DNA from: Rhynchobatus australiae
Lineage: Eukaryota
Direction: 5' to 3'
DNA: 64,000 nucleotides
NCBI GenBank assembly: GCA_034780895.1
Contig: JAUZTB010000033.1
Location: 44,264,700-44,328,699, forward strand
Shown here piece after piece: positions 24,241 through 37,660 of the stretch. A program made the position numbers and the translations under genes. Below the pieces are notes generated by a model. That model had not been told where the DNA came from. It worked only from the letters and a program-made list of their open reading frames with translations, and searched no databases. The first letter of the stretch is position 1; each line of letters opens with the position of its first letter.

Positions 24241-26694
24241 ACTATTGTGAACAGCAAGTCTACTTGGTTTTATTACAACCAGGCAACAGATTTATTGCAA
24301 CCAGATTAAATTTAATGGCTAAATGTTAACATAACAGTAATTTTAATAAAATTCTTTGGTTAATAAGAATAGTGTTGGGGTGAACTCCCTATTTTTTGTA
24401 GTTCCATTAACCTTTGACGAAGATAATTTCTCTTTTTCACTGGAATATCACTGAAATTTCACAGTTTCTCTTCAAAGTTTGAGTTGAAGAAATGATAGGT
24501 AGAAGTGATGTTTCTTGATTTAGTTTTAGGAAAGGCCACACTTTCAAATATGTTTGCAACTAGCATCGATGCACATTTTGATGTGGGTGAGTGTTCCTCA
24601 ACTTATTGGGTAGGGTAAGAAATCACCTGCAATAGGACATGTTGTCAGTTCACTGACAAAACGTGTGAGTATGAATACTGACAGCACCATTCTACTGGTG
24701 AAAGTGAAACAAACAACAGATCATTTAAGAAAGAGGCAAGATCAAAAATGACAGAAAAGTCATGGTAAAAACATATAGTGTTGGTGGGGTGATTGTCGTG
24801 AGGGAGAAAATATCTAACAATACAAGTTAAGGAAGGAAGCTTGAGGAAGAGCAAAGAGAAACAGAATGAAAACAAAGTAAAAAGGGAACGTGGCTGAAAA
24901 TAGAATAAAGATTCCAGGAGTTAAGTGCAGAAAAATTGAACAGAATCAAAATGTTCAACTTTTAGAAATATATGCAGATAGTAAGACACATGCAGAGGAC
25001 ATCTGCAAATACCGTGGAGCTTTAATGCCCAATTGGATCAAGACTTTGGAAAACTTTGGAATTTTGGAAAATGTCCCAAATGGAACTTCATATTTTAGTT
25101 TGAGTAACACAGAAACCACCAGGACACTAATGAAATCAGTCCCTTGTGCAGAGGAATGTTAATAATTATTACTCTGTAAATCAGCAACTGCACAAATATT
25201 TACTACAGCAAACCTATTCATCTTTAAGCATCACTAATGCTGCCGGATTCCTAACACTTTACACTGCATACCCAGGTTTATAGCAAATAGTCACTGGACC
25301 CACATGTGACTTCTTCATTATCATGTGTCTCAGACACTAAATATGTCAGGCACTTTATCTGCCCCAATATAATAGCTGTTTTTAGACTACTTCTGTACTT
25401 GGCATAGTTCAAAGGAAGTGTACCAAAGTCGATAATGAGCGTACTAATACTCTGACCTTATACTCAGCAAAAATATCAGAGTTCATAGATTGTGCATCAT
25501 GGGACAAGACAAACCTTTATTCTTTCTTTGTCTTCAAAATTACTGTCAAATAAATAATCTTATTTAATGTTTTCTCCTGACAAGTTGAATTGTTTCTTTT
25601 ATCACTTATTTATACAACTTTACTGAAGGCATTTAGCCACACTAAGATAAAGAAGGCATGTGAGCATTAAGGAAGTAATGCAGGCCTGGCAAAAATTGTA
25701 GGTATAACGATGAAAACAAATTTGTCAAATATAAATCACAGTGTATTATTTTTGTGAAGGCAGTTAAAGAAGTAGGATCTTCTCCTGCCCAGTGCAGCTG
25801 AGCAAAGGATGGTGAGCAAAATCTTCAGTTTTTCATCCGCATTATATATAAACTGTGAGTGAAGGTACGGCATCACACAGCAGAAATCTCCAGCTCTGTC
25901 ACTGAATACTTGGAAACCATACCAGCTCTGTGACATTGATGAATTCATCTAAGTAAACTAGTTGTGGAAGAGTGCTCGAAAAGGTAAGGGTCATTAAAGC
26001 TCAGGCTTTGGCATTCTGAATACATTAAATTATTAAAGATCTTAATCCAGTCACAACAGGGAACTGCACAGGTTAAATGTGTTAAAGTTCTGTTGAAGTC
26101 CAACACTGTCTATATAGGTTACTGGGGTGCATGCAAAATAAACTATTTTTATTTGCATTAATTTTAAGCAGACTTTTAGGCTGAATTGGGTTAGTAGAAC
26201 AACAACTGCCACTGAGTCCATTAGATGTGATGTTTCTTTTCTCCCCTTTTGAGATACAGTGGCACATGACAAATTCTGGTACATGACTGTCAGTACAATG
26301 GATTCCTTACACCTATTTCTATCTGTTCACCTTTCTCTGCAAAGTTTCATTAATAAAATCAAATGAAAATCAGTTGGTAAAGTAAATAAAGAATCATTCA
26401 ACCTTACAATTATGCCCTAGAGGTTCCATGTCCTAACCACATTCTATCTGAAACTTCATCCTCAATTTCATTTGGAAATCCATACGTGTGGCATGCTACA
26501 ATTTCCTGCTCAGTGTAGTATATTTGATAGACCTGCTGTGTGCAGATTGGCTGCTGTGTTTCCCAATGGCACTGTACTGCATTGACTCTGGAGTACTTTG
26601 GGATATTCTAAGATCATGAAAAATGATAAACAAACAAAACCCATTGTTTTGGCCTCTTGTGAGTCCACCTCATAATTTAATGATGGTGTGGATC

Positions 26695-28010
26695 ACAGAG
26701 TCATTGGGAAATACAGGCCTTTTGGCCCAATGAGTCCATGCCGACTATGGTGCCCATCTAGCTAGTCCCAATTTTCTGCATTCGGCCAATATTCCGCCAA
26801 CCCCCTCTGCTCCATGTATCTATTGAAGTGCTTCTTAAATGATACTATTGTACCTGTCTCTATGACTTCCTCTGGCAGTTCATTGCATATACTCACCACC
26901 CTCTGCATGAAAAAGTTGCCCCTCAGGTCCTTTTAAAATCTTTCCCCTCTCACCCTAAATCTACGCTCTGTAGTTTTGGACTCCCCTACCCTGGGACTGT
27001 TATCATCCACCTTTTCTATGCCTCTCATAATTTTAAACACTTCTTTAAGGTTGCCCCTCATTCTCCTACGTCCTAAGGAATAAAGACCAAGCCTGGCCAA
27101 CCTCCCCCATAACTCAGGCCCTCTAGTCCTGGCATACTTCTTCTCTGCACTCTTTCCAGTTTAACCATGTCTTTTCTATAATAGGGTGACCAAAACTGTG
27201 CACAGTACTCCAAGTGTGGCCTCACCCAATGACTTATACAATGCAACATAATGTCCCAACTCCTTTATTCAGTGCCCTGACTGATGAAGGCCAGCATGTT
27301 AAACACCTTTTTCACCACCGTGTCTACCTGTGATGATGCTTTCAATGAACTATGCACTTGTACTCCTGGGTGTTTCTGTTCCATGACACTCCCTAGTGCT
27401 CTACCATTCATAGTACAAGTGCTATGCTGGTTTGACTTTCCAAAATGCATTATCTCACACTTATCTCTATTGAAATCCATTTTGCCACTCTTCAGCCCAC
27501 TTCCCTAACTGATCAAGATCCCCCTGCAATCTACGATAACCTTTGCCACTATCAACTACACCACCTAATTTCATGTCATCCACAAACTTACTGATCAAGC
27601 CTTGTGCTTTCGCATCCATAATTGCTTAATTAAATAATAAATAACAAGAGTCCCAACACCGACCTCTGTGGCACACCACTAGTCACTGGCCTCCATTCCG
27701 AGAAACAGCCTTCAACCACCACCCTCTGCTTCCTACCTTCGAGCCAATTTTGAATCCACCTAACTAGTTCTCCCTGGATTCCATGGGACCCAACCTTCCA
27801 GACAAGCCTGCCATCTGGCACCTTGTCAAAGGCCTTGCTAAAGACCAAATAGACAACATCCACTGCCCTACCTTCATCTACCCTTTTGGTTATCTCTTCA
27901 AAGAACTCTAAAAGATTCGTCAAACACAAAGTTCCAACGCACAAAGCCACGCTGACTCCTCCTAATCAGACTCTGTCTTTCCAAATGCTGGTAGATCCTG
28001 TCCCTCAGAA
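26695..28010 (-). mobile_element. CR1 LINE, 5'-truncated, RT + 3'UTR, comparatively well preserved
   Basis: ORF 27630..27950 CLTNLLEFFEE..DVVYLVFSKAFDKVP..WLEGRKQRV..SGVPQRSVLG and ORF 27265..27480 FNRDKCEIMHFGKSN. Confidence 0.93.
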
Positions 28011-28454
28011 TCACAATGGGCAGTGATTCTCAACCCCTCATTCTTTGCAAAGTATCTCCTCATAAGTATCCTACTTTCATGGAACATAATATCACTCTCA
28101 AATTCATGTCAACCTCCCCTAAGTTTCATATAAAGTTCTTCCAATCAGGTGTCTGATCCTCCCAAAGTACCCTGTACAATGTTGATCCACATAGTGACTG
28201 TAATCATTGTACACTGTCCTTCAACACCTTATCGTCAATCTCAAGCTTTCTCCAACGTTCAGTTGCATTAATGCCCTTGCTTTTCTCTGCTCTCTGACTT
28301 GATCACAGCCAGAGTCCTCTTCTTCCAACTGTACTCAATTACCACTGAAAGCCAATGTTGATCGAGTGTTAGCCCATTCACATTCCTTAACTGCACCCTG
28401 CTTTGAAGAACATCAATGAAAACTCTACAGAATTTTCTTTTGCACATATTCACT

Positions 28455-28610
28455 TTCAGTAAATGGGCACCACTAGCAAGATCAGCAATTATTGCCTATC
28501 CTTAATTGCCCTCAAGGAAAGGTTGTTGAGCCACCTTCTTAAACCACTGCAGTTCATCTGGTGAAGGTACTCCCACAGTGCTATTGGACAGGAAATTCAA
28601 GGAGTTGTTT
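28455..28610 (-). mobile_element. CR1-clade 3' tail fragment
   Basis: tgggcaccactagcaagatcagcaattattgcctatccttaattgccctc is the reverse complement of the tail at 46930-47165. Confidence 0.6.
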
Positions 28611-31359
28611 CTTCATTTAAAAGATGGTGAGTATAGCATTCAAGGTTCCAAAGATATCAAATTTTGGAGATAAGGAATGCTTTGTCCATACACATAATAA
28701 ACCCATAAGATGTAATAAACTCCTGGAATATAGTGCCGGACAAACATGCCAAGTGTAATTCAGTTCTTCCAATCATAAACCAGAAAAGACCATGGTGTAC
28801 ATGGGAATAATTCTCACAAAACCAGTAAGTCAAGATACAGTGCCAGTCTTTCCCAAGTTGGCTCTCAGTCAGTTAAGTACTGGGGTATTGTAATTGGATG
28901 TGCATTTTATAATAAAGAGAAAATAGATTTATTGGAATTACTGCTCCCAATTGCAACCCACTAACTCTAACTACAACTGCAAAGAGCACATATGGGGACA
29001 CTTGTAGAGAACATGATTATGATATTCACCATGGTTAGACAGCTGCCAAAACTCACCATCTCTATTAACACATGAATATTCACTTCCTTCAGGAGCCTGC
29101 ATACAAACGTTGTACACAAAGTTCGTGAAACAGACACAAAATTTGCCAAGCCAATGGCATTAGTGCTGCTGACTCACAACTGCAGAGACCCCAACTTGAT
29201 CCTGACCTTGGGCACTGCCTGTGTGGAGTTTGAACATTCTCCTTGCACACTGATATAAAGAATTTGTTCAAAAGGGATCCCTGGCATCCAAAAGGCAGTA
29301 GCAAGCAGGCTGAGCAGCCACTAATGAAAGAATTGTCCAACAGACAACAAACCAGGAAGGAAAAACAACATTAAATGAAGATTTCAACACAAATGATTGC
29401 AGTACAAGCTGAAATAGCAATCAAAATTTAAAGCTAAAACACATTTTAAAACCCCTCTTTTTTGATATATTCATGTGAAAAAGTGACGATACATAAAATT
29501 AGTCCTTTTAAGAACCAGATAGTTTGCTAAGCAATAATTATGATTTAATACCCCATTTAAAAATTCTGACCTCATGAAATAAAGCCAAAGAGCTTTGGAA
29601 TATTTTATAGCAGGGCTGATTTGCAAATGTTACTTCAAAAAAATCCCTTGATTATAGAAGAGGAGAGTTGAACTAGCGTCAATTTCATAATTTGTGCACA
29701 AAATTACCTGTATGCTGAAATCCTCAAGCTGCCATAGACTTTAATCACCATTTTTATACCAAAATCTGAACCAGTATAATTAGCTTCTAATTTTGTGGTC
29801 AGCAAAGATCTGCAAATGTAATGTATTTACTCAAAGGCTACAAAAGAGAGCAGCTAGAATAAGTGAGAAATAAAAGTTGACATTGATTGCTATTTCTGAG
29901 GATAAAAAATATTAGAGGCTACGAAATGGCCCCTTGAGTATGCTCCACCACTCTGCTGTACATTATCTGATCTGATCTTCAACCTCTACTACCATGGCTA
30001 ATAACCATCCCCCACGATATAAAATTCTATTTGACTCAACGTTCACATATCTTTGGGACAAAGAATTCCAAAAAGTTCCAAACGTCAGAATCATCTTCAT
30101 CTCAGCCTTAAGCCATCTTTCAGTTCTAGATGTTATGAAATAGTTTAGTTAAAAGGAGACACAAGATGCTAGATTGGCTATTCCTGAACAGAGTATGTAA
30201 AATAGAGATTAATAGAGACTTTTAAGAGAAAAGGAGTACTTTCTATAGAAAAGTTATGGCCATTGGCAGATAGATCAGTAAACAAAAGATGGAGGAGATT
30301 TAAAATAACAGCATAAAGAATGATTTTTGCACAAATCATGATAATCTGCAGCACACTGGCTGAAAAGCTAGTGAATATAACTTTCAAAAGAGAAATGCCC
30401 TTGCAATGGAAGAATCTACAGGGTTACAAGGGCAGAGGAGGGAGACTAATTTTGCACTGCAATAAAAGAGCACAAAGTGTTAATGACCTCCTTCACTGTT
30501 AAAATTGTGTGAATTTTCTCCCCCCCCCCAAATCTTATTCAATTATTATACAATATGAATGTATCATCTGAATGAATCTGGAGATGTTTGCTCAAAGAAA
30601 TATGGATCCATTTCAGCATAGAGGGTCACCAATCAGTCAATCAGATCTGTGTGGCTCAAAGATCAATCCCATTACTGTTACTCCCTTGGGTCTTTCCCCA
30701 TACCCCATAAAGCTTTTATTCCCCCTCCATCTACTCTCTCATATTTTGCTTATTTTCTTACCATATAGCAAGTTATTGCACCCATCAAATCTTCGCTGCA
30801 TCTCAGAGCAATCCTATCAGTCCCATGCCCCTACTCATTTCCTTGCTACCTATCCACTTCTTATTCTACTTCTTACAGGCCACTATTAAAACTATATTCA
30901 TTACCCTTTTACATACAACAGTGCAAACACAAACACCTCAACACACAATGAAATCTCTCCTCAGATCCTCTGAATCACTTGTCAATCTTCTTAAACTTGT
31001 TTTTTCTTTATCAACTACATTTATTCTACATTCTTTCTGATTTTAAGCAACTCTATCAAATTTCCCTTTCAATTGCTCTGAACAACTTCAGCTTCTGTAG
31101 TTAATGCACTTATCAGTGATCCCTCACTTTTAGAATGATTCTAACCTGTCACATACGGTAACAACTTTGCAGTTTTACTTCCTTTCCTGCTAATTATCTT
31201 ATAATGCCAAGAAAAATTCAACTTTTAACTTTCAAAGTCAACTCAATAGAATTATTGGAAATAATTTGCCCTAGAAATGATAAATAACTGAAATAATCAG
31301 TGAAAAACAGAAAACAGGAATATTCAAGATAGGAAAAGAGTGACTGACAATTATTCACC

Positions 31360-31800
31360 TCAATGTTTCTTATAATCCAGGGCAATACAATCCACTTGAT
31401 TGGCAATCCATCAACAACTCTAAACATGTACTCAACACTGGTGCACGGTGGCTGCAGTGTATGACATCTATAAAATGCACATCTGTTACTTGCCCAAGCC
31501 ACTCTAGCAGCAACTCACAAACTTGCAACCTCTTCCACCAAGGACAAAGGCAACAGGTGCATAGGAATACCACTACCTGCAGGTTCCATGTCATACTCCA
31601 CCCAGACTTGGTAAAATATAGCACTGGTCCTTTGTCACCACTGGGTCTAAATTGAGAAACTCCATTCCTAATAGCACTGTCAGAATACATTCACCAAAAG
31701 GACACCAACAGTTCAAGGCAGCAGCTCATGACTACCTTCTCAAAAGCTATTCAGGATGGTCAACAAATTTTGAGTGACACCCAGATCATGAAAGTGACTA
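31360..31800 (+). mobile_element. CR1-clade (second subfamily) 3' fragment
   Basis: atccagggcaatacaatccacttgattggc...cagttcaaggcagcagctcatgactaccttctcaa. Confidence 0.7.
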
Positions 31801-32829
31801 AAACTCTGACTGAGCCAATGCTGCATCTTAAATGCCAAAATGAATACACAGTCAAGAGGTATTCAAAGCACAGGGGCTCACAAAGCAAAGTTATTCACCT
31901 TCCCCTGAGACATGACCACTTACAGAGTCACAGTCAGTCTGCACCAAGGTTCTGCTTTGTATAAAAATTTTCATGGAAACAAAATTGGAATATGCATTTC
32001 AATTAGCATTAAAGATAAAATCAATCTTGGCATAGAGAAAAATGTTGGAAAGAAAAAAATGCTTTTGGAACAATTCATTTAATGAAAAGTTGCCATACAC
32101 CTGATTTTAACAAGGCTTATGGAACCTTAATAAATGAGTAGTTATCCTGTGGAAATGGAATACCCGTAACAAATCACAATATTTCCAAAGAAAATTTTGA
32201 ATATGAATTATGGAATTCTCCACATGTTAGTTTCATTGTTGGACAACTGATTGCTCAACTAGATTAACTATGATGATTGGATATCGTGTACTTAAATACA
32301 CTGGTAGCTTTCAAGATATTATCTACCCTTTTTCACAGGACCATTCCACCTCTATTCTCAACAATCAGGCAACAGGACAGTCTGAGTTCATTAATCTGAA
32401 AATATATTTCAAAGCCAATTTCATCATTTAGCACATTATGTAACAATCATCATTCTGTATCATGACATTCCCAGGCTAAGTGAATTACGGAATGTTAATT
32501 AACTGAAACACTAAGGGAGAAGAAATGGATGAAGAAACATTGCATACCTTCTTGCTAACTTTGCAGTAATCTGTAGATTGTTAGAATGTTTTCAACTACA
32601 TAATGATGCATTGAAAGGAATTAATTGGGTAAAAAGGGTTTTGGGGCATTGCAGTAATAGTATTGCAGTAAAAGTAATAGGATCCGACTTAAATGTTGTT
32701 TATTCTAAAATAAAATCTGGATTTCCTTCTAGCCTTCAACACAACATGAGAGTAGCCCAAACACCTGTTAAATGACAATACCAACATGCTGTTAACAAAA
32801 TATCTGAAAGGAATACAAGAAAAACAATT

Positions 32830-33190
32830 CATTTTTGCCTTTCACAACTTCATAATGCCCCAAAATGCCTTACAGCCAGTTAAAACTTATGTAACCTCTG
32901 ATGCAACATTGGAATACATGCCAGTCAATTTACATACAGCTAGGTCCCACAAGCAATGAGACAAAGACCAATTTGTTTTAGTGATGGTGTAAGGGAAAAC
33001 ATTTGTCAGGTTACTGGGGAATTTCCCATATTCTTCAACCACTGCAAGAGATACCTTATGGGAGCTCAACATGAAAACTCTCCCAACATGTGGCACCTCT
33101 AATAATGTAACATTCATTCTATCAAAGTGAAATAGTGATCAATGCAAAGACGCCACAGCAGCACTCGAACTACAGTCTTCTGACTTGATT
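32830..33190 (-). mobile_element. Deu-domain SINE (SacSINE1/AmnSINE1-like), decayed
   Basis: Reverse complement of the Deu core and tail (cagctaggtcccacaagcaatgaga...tggcacctctaataatgtaacattc). A similar tail lies at about 26480-26630 on the plus strand. Confidence 0.5.
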
Positions 33191-33979
33191 AGTTGCCTTG
33201 AAAATCAATTGTCTAACTCTATTTTTTCCAGCATTATTTAATTTAAAAAATAACAATCACCCCAGCCCCCACCTTGAAAAGTGATAACATCAAATTTTGA
33301 CTTGTTTCATTGCACACTGAGGATTCAACTCAGCTCTTTCTGGCATCAGTCAACCTCGTAAACCTGACATAGTATCAACAAGTTATTAGTCTTTCCATTT
33401 CAACTGCTCTATTCCTCCCCAGTCCTCCTTTCACCCACCATTAATACCTATTTCTGTCAAGGTCTATTGCCCCACTACCTAGTCCTACCCATACCCACAG
33501 CACGTCCAACTTTAATAACAATCAGAAGTAGTACAGTGTGGCTGGCTCAGGTAACAGATGACTTGAGTTTGTCAGAGATGGTCAAGCTCACTTCAATTTT
33601 TGTAGTGTTATCTCACATATCTTTTGTCAAGTGCCAGATTAATCATTATTTGGCCCTCAGTGTTAATGCATGTACAGGTACTTTAAGTGTAATAAGGCTC
33701 TGCTTTTAAACAGAGAAACCAGCATTCAGGTTAAAATATCTCAGCATTTAAAAATGGGGATTTAGCACTGGTGTATTATGTATATAGGAGCTAGATTCAC
33801 TGCAGGATTTTTATAACACGACATCCACTATCTTCTAGATATTGTACACAATCTCAAATCCTTTAGAAAAAGAATTCTGCACTCCTTCCCTTATCTGTAT
33901 TTTAAATGACTCCAGACCACAACAGTGCAGCTGTCTAACTGCTCACAGAAATAGCCCTGCAAGCCACCCAGTCGTACCA

Positions 33980-34405
33980 CAACACACAAAATGCTGCAGG
34001 AATTCAGCAGGTCAGGCAGCATCTGTGGAGAGAAATAAACAGTTGATGTTTCGGGTCGAGAGCCTTCATCAGGACTGGAAAGGAAGAGGGCAGAAGCCAG
34101 AACAAGAAGGTTGGGTGGGGGGGGTGGGGGGAATAGAAATACATGCAGGTAGGAGATGGTAGTAGACCATGGAAATAAAGGGGAGGTGGGGAATAGGTCA
34201 TGAGGGCGGGGGAAGGGATGGGTAGGTCACGAGAGATGACAGGCGAGTTCATGTGATAGATGTGTCCAGGTGAGAGGGGGAAAGTAAGAGGGTGGGCAGG
34301 GAGGAGATGTAAGAAGCTCAGAGGTGATAGGTACAAGAGGAAAAGGGCTGAAGGACAAGGATCCGGTAGGAGAGGGCACTGGACCGTGTAATAAAAGAGG
34401 AGATA
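33980..34405 (-). mobile_element. Penelope-like element terminal region
   Basis: acacacaaaatgctgcaggaattcagcaggtcaggcagcatctgtggag...tttcgggtcgagagccttcatcaggactgg followed by a purine-rich tract. Confidence 0.7.
34040..34077 (-). ncRNA. Degenerate minimal type I hammerhead ribozyme motif
   Basis: Minus strand CAGTC-CTGATGA-AGGCTCTCGACCC-GAAAC-ATC-AACTG. Core CUGAUGA and GAAA are intact, helix I is CAGTC/AACTG (1 mismatch) and helix II is GGcTC/GACCC (1 mismatch). Confidence 0.65.
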
Positions 34406-34419
34406 GGGAATTTCCCTTC

Positions 34420-34800
34420 CACCACCCTCATGACCTGCCCATCTATAACCAGGAATTAGCCTGGTGAATCTCCTTTGGACAGCCTCCAATGTTGCTATAT
34501 CCTTTAAGGAAGCGGACCAAAACTGTAGTAATCCAGGTGTGGCCTCACTAACATCCTGTACAGCTGTAACAACTCCAGCCTCTTCACGATGAGGGTCAAA
34601 TGTGCTATTGGCCACTTTAGTTACTTGTTGGACCTGCCTGCTCACTTCGTGTGATTCATGCATTAGAACACCTAGATCCCTCTGAATTTCACTCATTTGC
34701 AGTCTGTCTCCATTTAGATAATCCACTTATTGACTCCTCTTTCTGAAGTACGAGCCTGTACTTTCCCACATTAAATGCCATTTTCCAGATTTTTACCCAA
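34420..34800 (-). mobile_element. CR1 ORF2 fragment
   Basis: N-terminal part of ORF 34004..34726: YLNGDRLQMSEIQRDLGVL..QFWS..KDIATLEAVQRRFTRLIPG. Confidence 0.85.
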
Positions 34801-35019
34801 TCCTAAGTATGAGGACAGCTGGTGCATTGGAAAACCATCACCTTTAACATCATCCAATCACATACCATCCTTGCTTTGGCATATATCACTCATCCTCCTT
34901 CACCCTCAAGTTCCTTAAACCTGCATGCAGTGACTTAAGGACTGTTTTATTTGCAAGCAGCTACAATGGGGAAATAAATACCAGCTTTGACTATGACTAA
35001 AGGCCAGAACTGTAAAATA

Positions 35020-35228
35020 GCGTCTGCATGGGTTTCCTCCGGGTGCTCCGGTTTCCTCCCACATTCCAAAGACGTATGGGTTAGGAAGTTGTGGGCATGC
35101 TGCGTTGGTGCCAGAAGCGCGGCGACACTTGCGGGCTGCCCCCAGGACACTACGCAAAAGATGCATTTCACTGTGTGATTTGATGTACTTGTGACTAATA
35201 AAGATATCATATCTCATCATATCTTATA
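35020..35228 (+). mobile_element. 5'-truncated V-SINE with alternative tail
   Basis: Perfect core gggtttcctccgggtgctccggtttcctcccacattccaaagacg. Tail tttcactgtgtgatttgatgtacttgtgactaataaag. Confidence 0.85.
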
Positions 35229-36859
35229 ATTAAAAAAAACTTTTAGATATAGGGATCACAGTCCCAGAGGAATCTACTATGGGGCACTTAAGTTGCTCGA
35301 AAAAGGTAGGTAATCACACAGTAGCCATGATGTAATAGATGGATTGATGTTCATAATATCAAGATAACAAACATTTATAGATTACATTACAGTATACTAT
35401 CTAACTGTATTTGGATGTTCAGCTTCTCATTGCTTGCTTCATCAACACTCCATTGTTGCTTTTAAGGTTAATCGGATGTTTTAACGTGTAATTTCATTAC
35501 ATTTGCTAGTAAGGAATTTTGCAATATCACTTCCAAGTGATGGTAGTTCATGTGATTATTACGATTCATTGTAGAAGTAGATTTCATGGGTCATTAACAC
35601 TTTTTGTCTTTATTTTGAAAGTCGTAATTAATGAGAAATGAGATGAAGGAAAGAGAAAAGCTGTCAAAGTTTATTTTCTGGTTGGTGCTTCATGCACACG
35701 TGTGTATATATTTGAATTGTTTAAAGCCACACAGTTGACACAGACTGCTGGGTTCGTTATTTGTTTCTCCTGCTTGCATAGACAGTTTGGAGTGAAACTG
35801 ATTTGGAAGTGTGATGAGTATGCAAGCAATTGTTTATTACTGTTATTGGTGTATCAGTTGCCATATAAATAATTCAGCCAGTGCATGTACCCAATAGGGT
35901 CAGGACAATTTTCTCAAAACATGAGAGCAGATTTGAGTAAAAAGATGAAGATGAGAAATGTGTATTGTCTGGAATATTTATTAAAAATTAGTATCTTGAT
36001 ATAAAGGATACCAGGTTATCAAGGGTTCCTATGATTGGATCAAGGTTACTATCATCAGTTGACTTGATATTTTGTTTTCTTAAACAAGGGTTAAATTGTT
36101 TCAGCTATGGACATCGCAAAACAAGACTTCCATACAAATATAGGTTTGGAAGAAGTACACGAATGATTGTTGTACTCAGTGGTGAAACACTATGTTATTC
36201 TCAAGTTTAATGCTGGATCATGATTATGTATGAACTTCTGTGTTTGCAAAAAGAATCCTTTACTTAGCAATAATGGATGTGAATGGGACTGGTTTATTTG
36301 AGTGGAATTCTGTTTTGTTCAGAATTTAGACATGATTCACCATTGACTGTTACATTTCTGACTAAAGTTTTGAGTTTGCAAAAAGCAGAAATGAAAGTGA
36401 GTTATTTTAATTATCTTGTAATTACAATAAGTGGAAATTCTAAACACGAGGTTAGCATCATTGAAAAACAGTATTTTTCATGTTATTAATGAATACTTGT
36501 TTTTTTTAAAAAATATATAGAACATATCCTTGTGAACAAATATTAGGTTACCCAAAGTCATAAGTACTTATGGACTGAATGTTTCATCTCCAAAGATACA
36601 AATGCTTGAACTATGTAATTTGTTGCATAAAGAATAGCTGTTTGAGAAAATTGATTTGCTTTCAGATGGCTTTTACTCCTTGTATTTTCAAAGAGATTTC
36701 AGTTAAGAATTTGAAGAATTTTCTTCTTTCTGGAAATACTATACAGCTTAAAATTAGTTTTCCTATCTATGGCTGCAACTATAATTTTGATCCCTTCATT
36801 CTCATTGATAATAATTTTTAATAAGGCTCTTAGATCCACCAACAGTCACTCACTTCCTT

Positions 36860-37440
36860 TTTGGAATTTAGCTGTTTTTGTGTTTGAAGAAAGACTGTAA
36901 TGAGAAATGGAGTAAAGTAATCCTGCTGGAACTAAAATTTAGCATCAGTAAGCAGGTTATTCATGAGTAAGTGTTGCTTGATGCACTTGTCACCGGTGCC
37001 TTCCATTGCTAAAGGCATGACTAGTTCCAGAACATGCTCAGAATTGCAGCTGGAATGTTGCCTGGTCCCATAACCTTTCTGCATCCAGTGCTTTCAGCTG
37101 TTTCTCAAAATCACATGGAGTGGATTGACTGAAGATGGACATTTGTATTGGTGGAGACCTTGAGCAGTGTCTGAGCTCAATTATCTGCTCAGCACTTCTA
37201 CCCGAAAATGATTGCTTACACCTTAGCCTTGTAAATCACTTTGGCACCATTGAGGATCTTCTTGGAGCAGTTTCATGCTCCTGTTTAACTGTCCACCACC
37301 AATTAAAAATTAGATGTGGACGTAAAGCTGATTTGTTGGTTGCGAGACCACTGCTTTCACTATTTTGTGTGCATGCGTTTTAGCTTTATCAGGTTAGCCC
37401 CTCATTTTTGGATATGCTTGATGCTGCTCCTGACATACTC
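36860..37440 (-). mobile_element. Decayed CR1-clade ORF2 fragment (second subfamily)
   Basis: Reverse complement resembles 8700-9100 (ctagttccagaacatgctcag; gcatccagtgctttcagctgtttc). Confidence 0.55.
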
Positions 37441-37449
37441 TACACCAAA

Positions 37450-37660
37450 ACCAAAAGATATGGAAATCTGAAATTAAACATTGCTGGAAACACTCAGCAG
37501 TTCATTCAGCATTTAGGGGATGTAGAAACATAGTAAATGCTTGGGTCAATGACTTTTCATGTTTTGTCAGTTCTGATGAAAAATTATTGATCTGAAATGT
37601 TGGCACTGCTTTTTCTTCCTGCTTGACCTTGGTATCTACGGAGCTTTGTTTTATTTCATG
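37450..37660. mobile_element. Fold-back Penelope-like fragment with inverted pair of hammerhead-like motifs
   Basis: tgctggaaacactcagcag...gggtcaatgacttttcat | cagttCTGATGAaaaattattgatctGAAAtgtt... Confidence 0.6.

Noticed and set aside
34004-34726. 240-aa minus-strand ORF
   Set aside because: Chance fusion of a CR1 ORF2 fragment with a low-complexity Penelope-like terminal region, not a gene.
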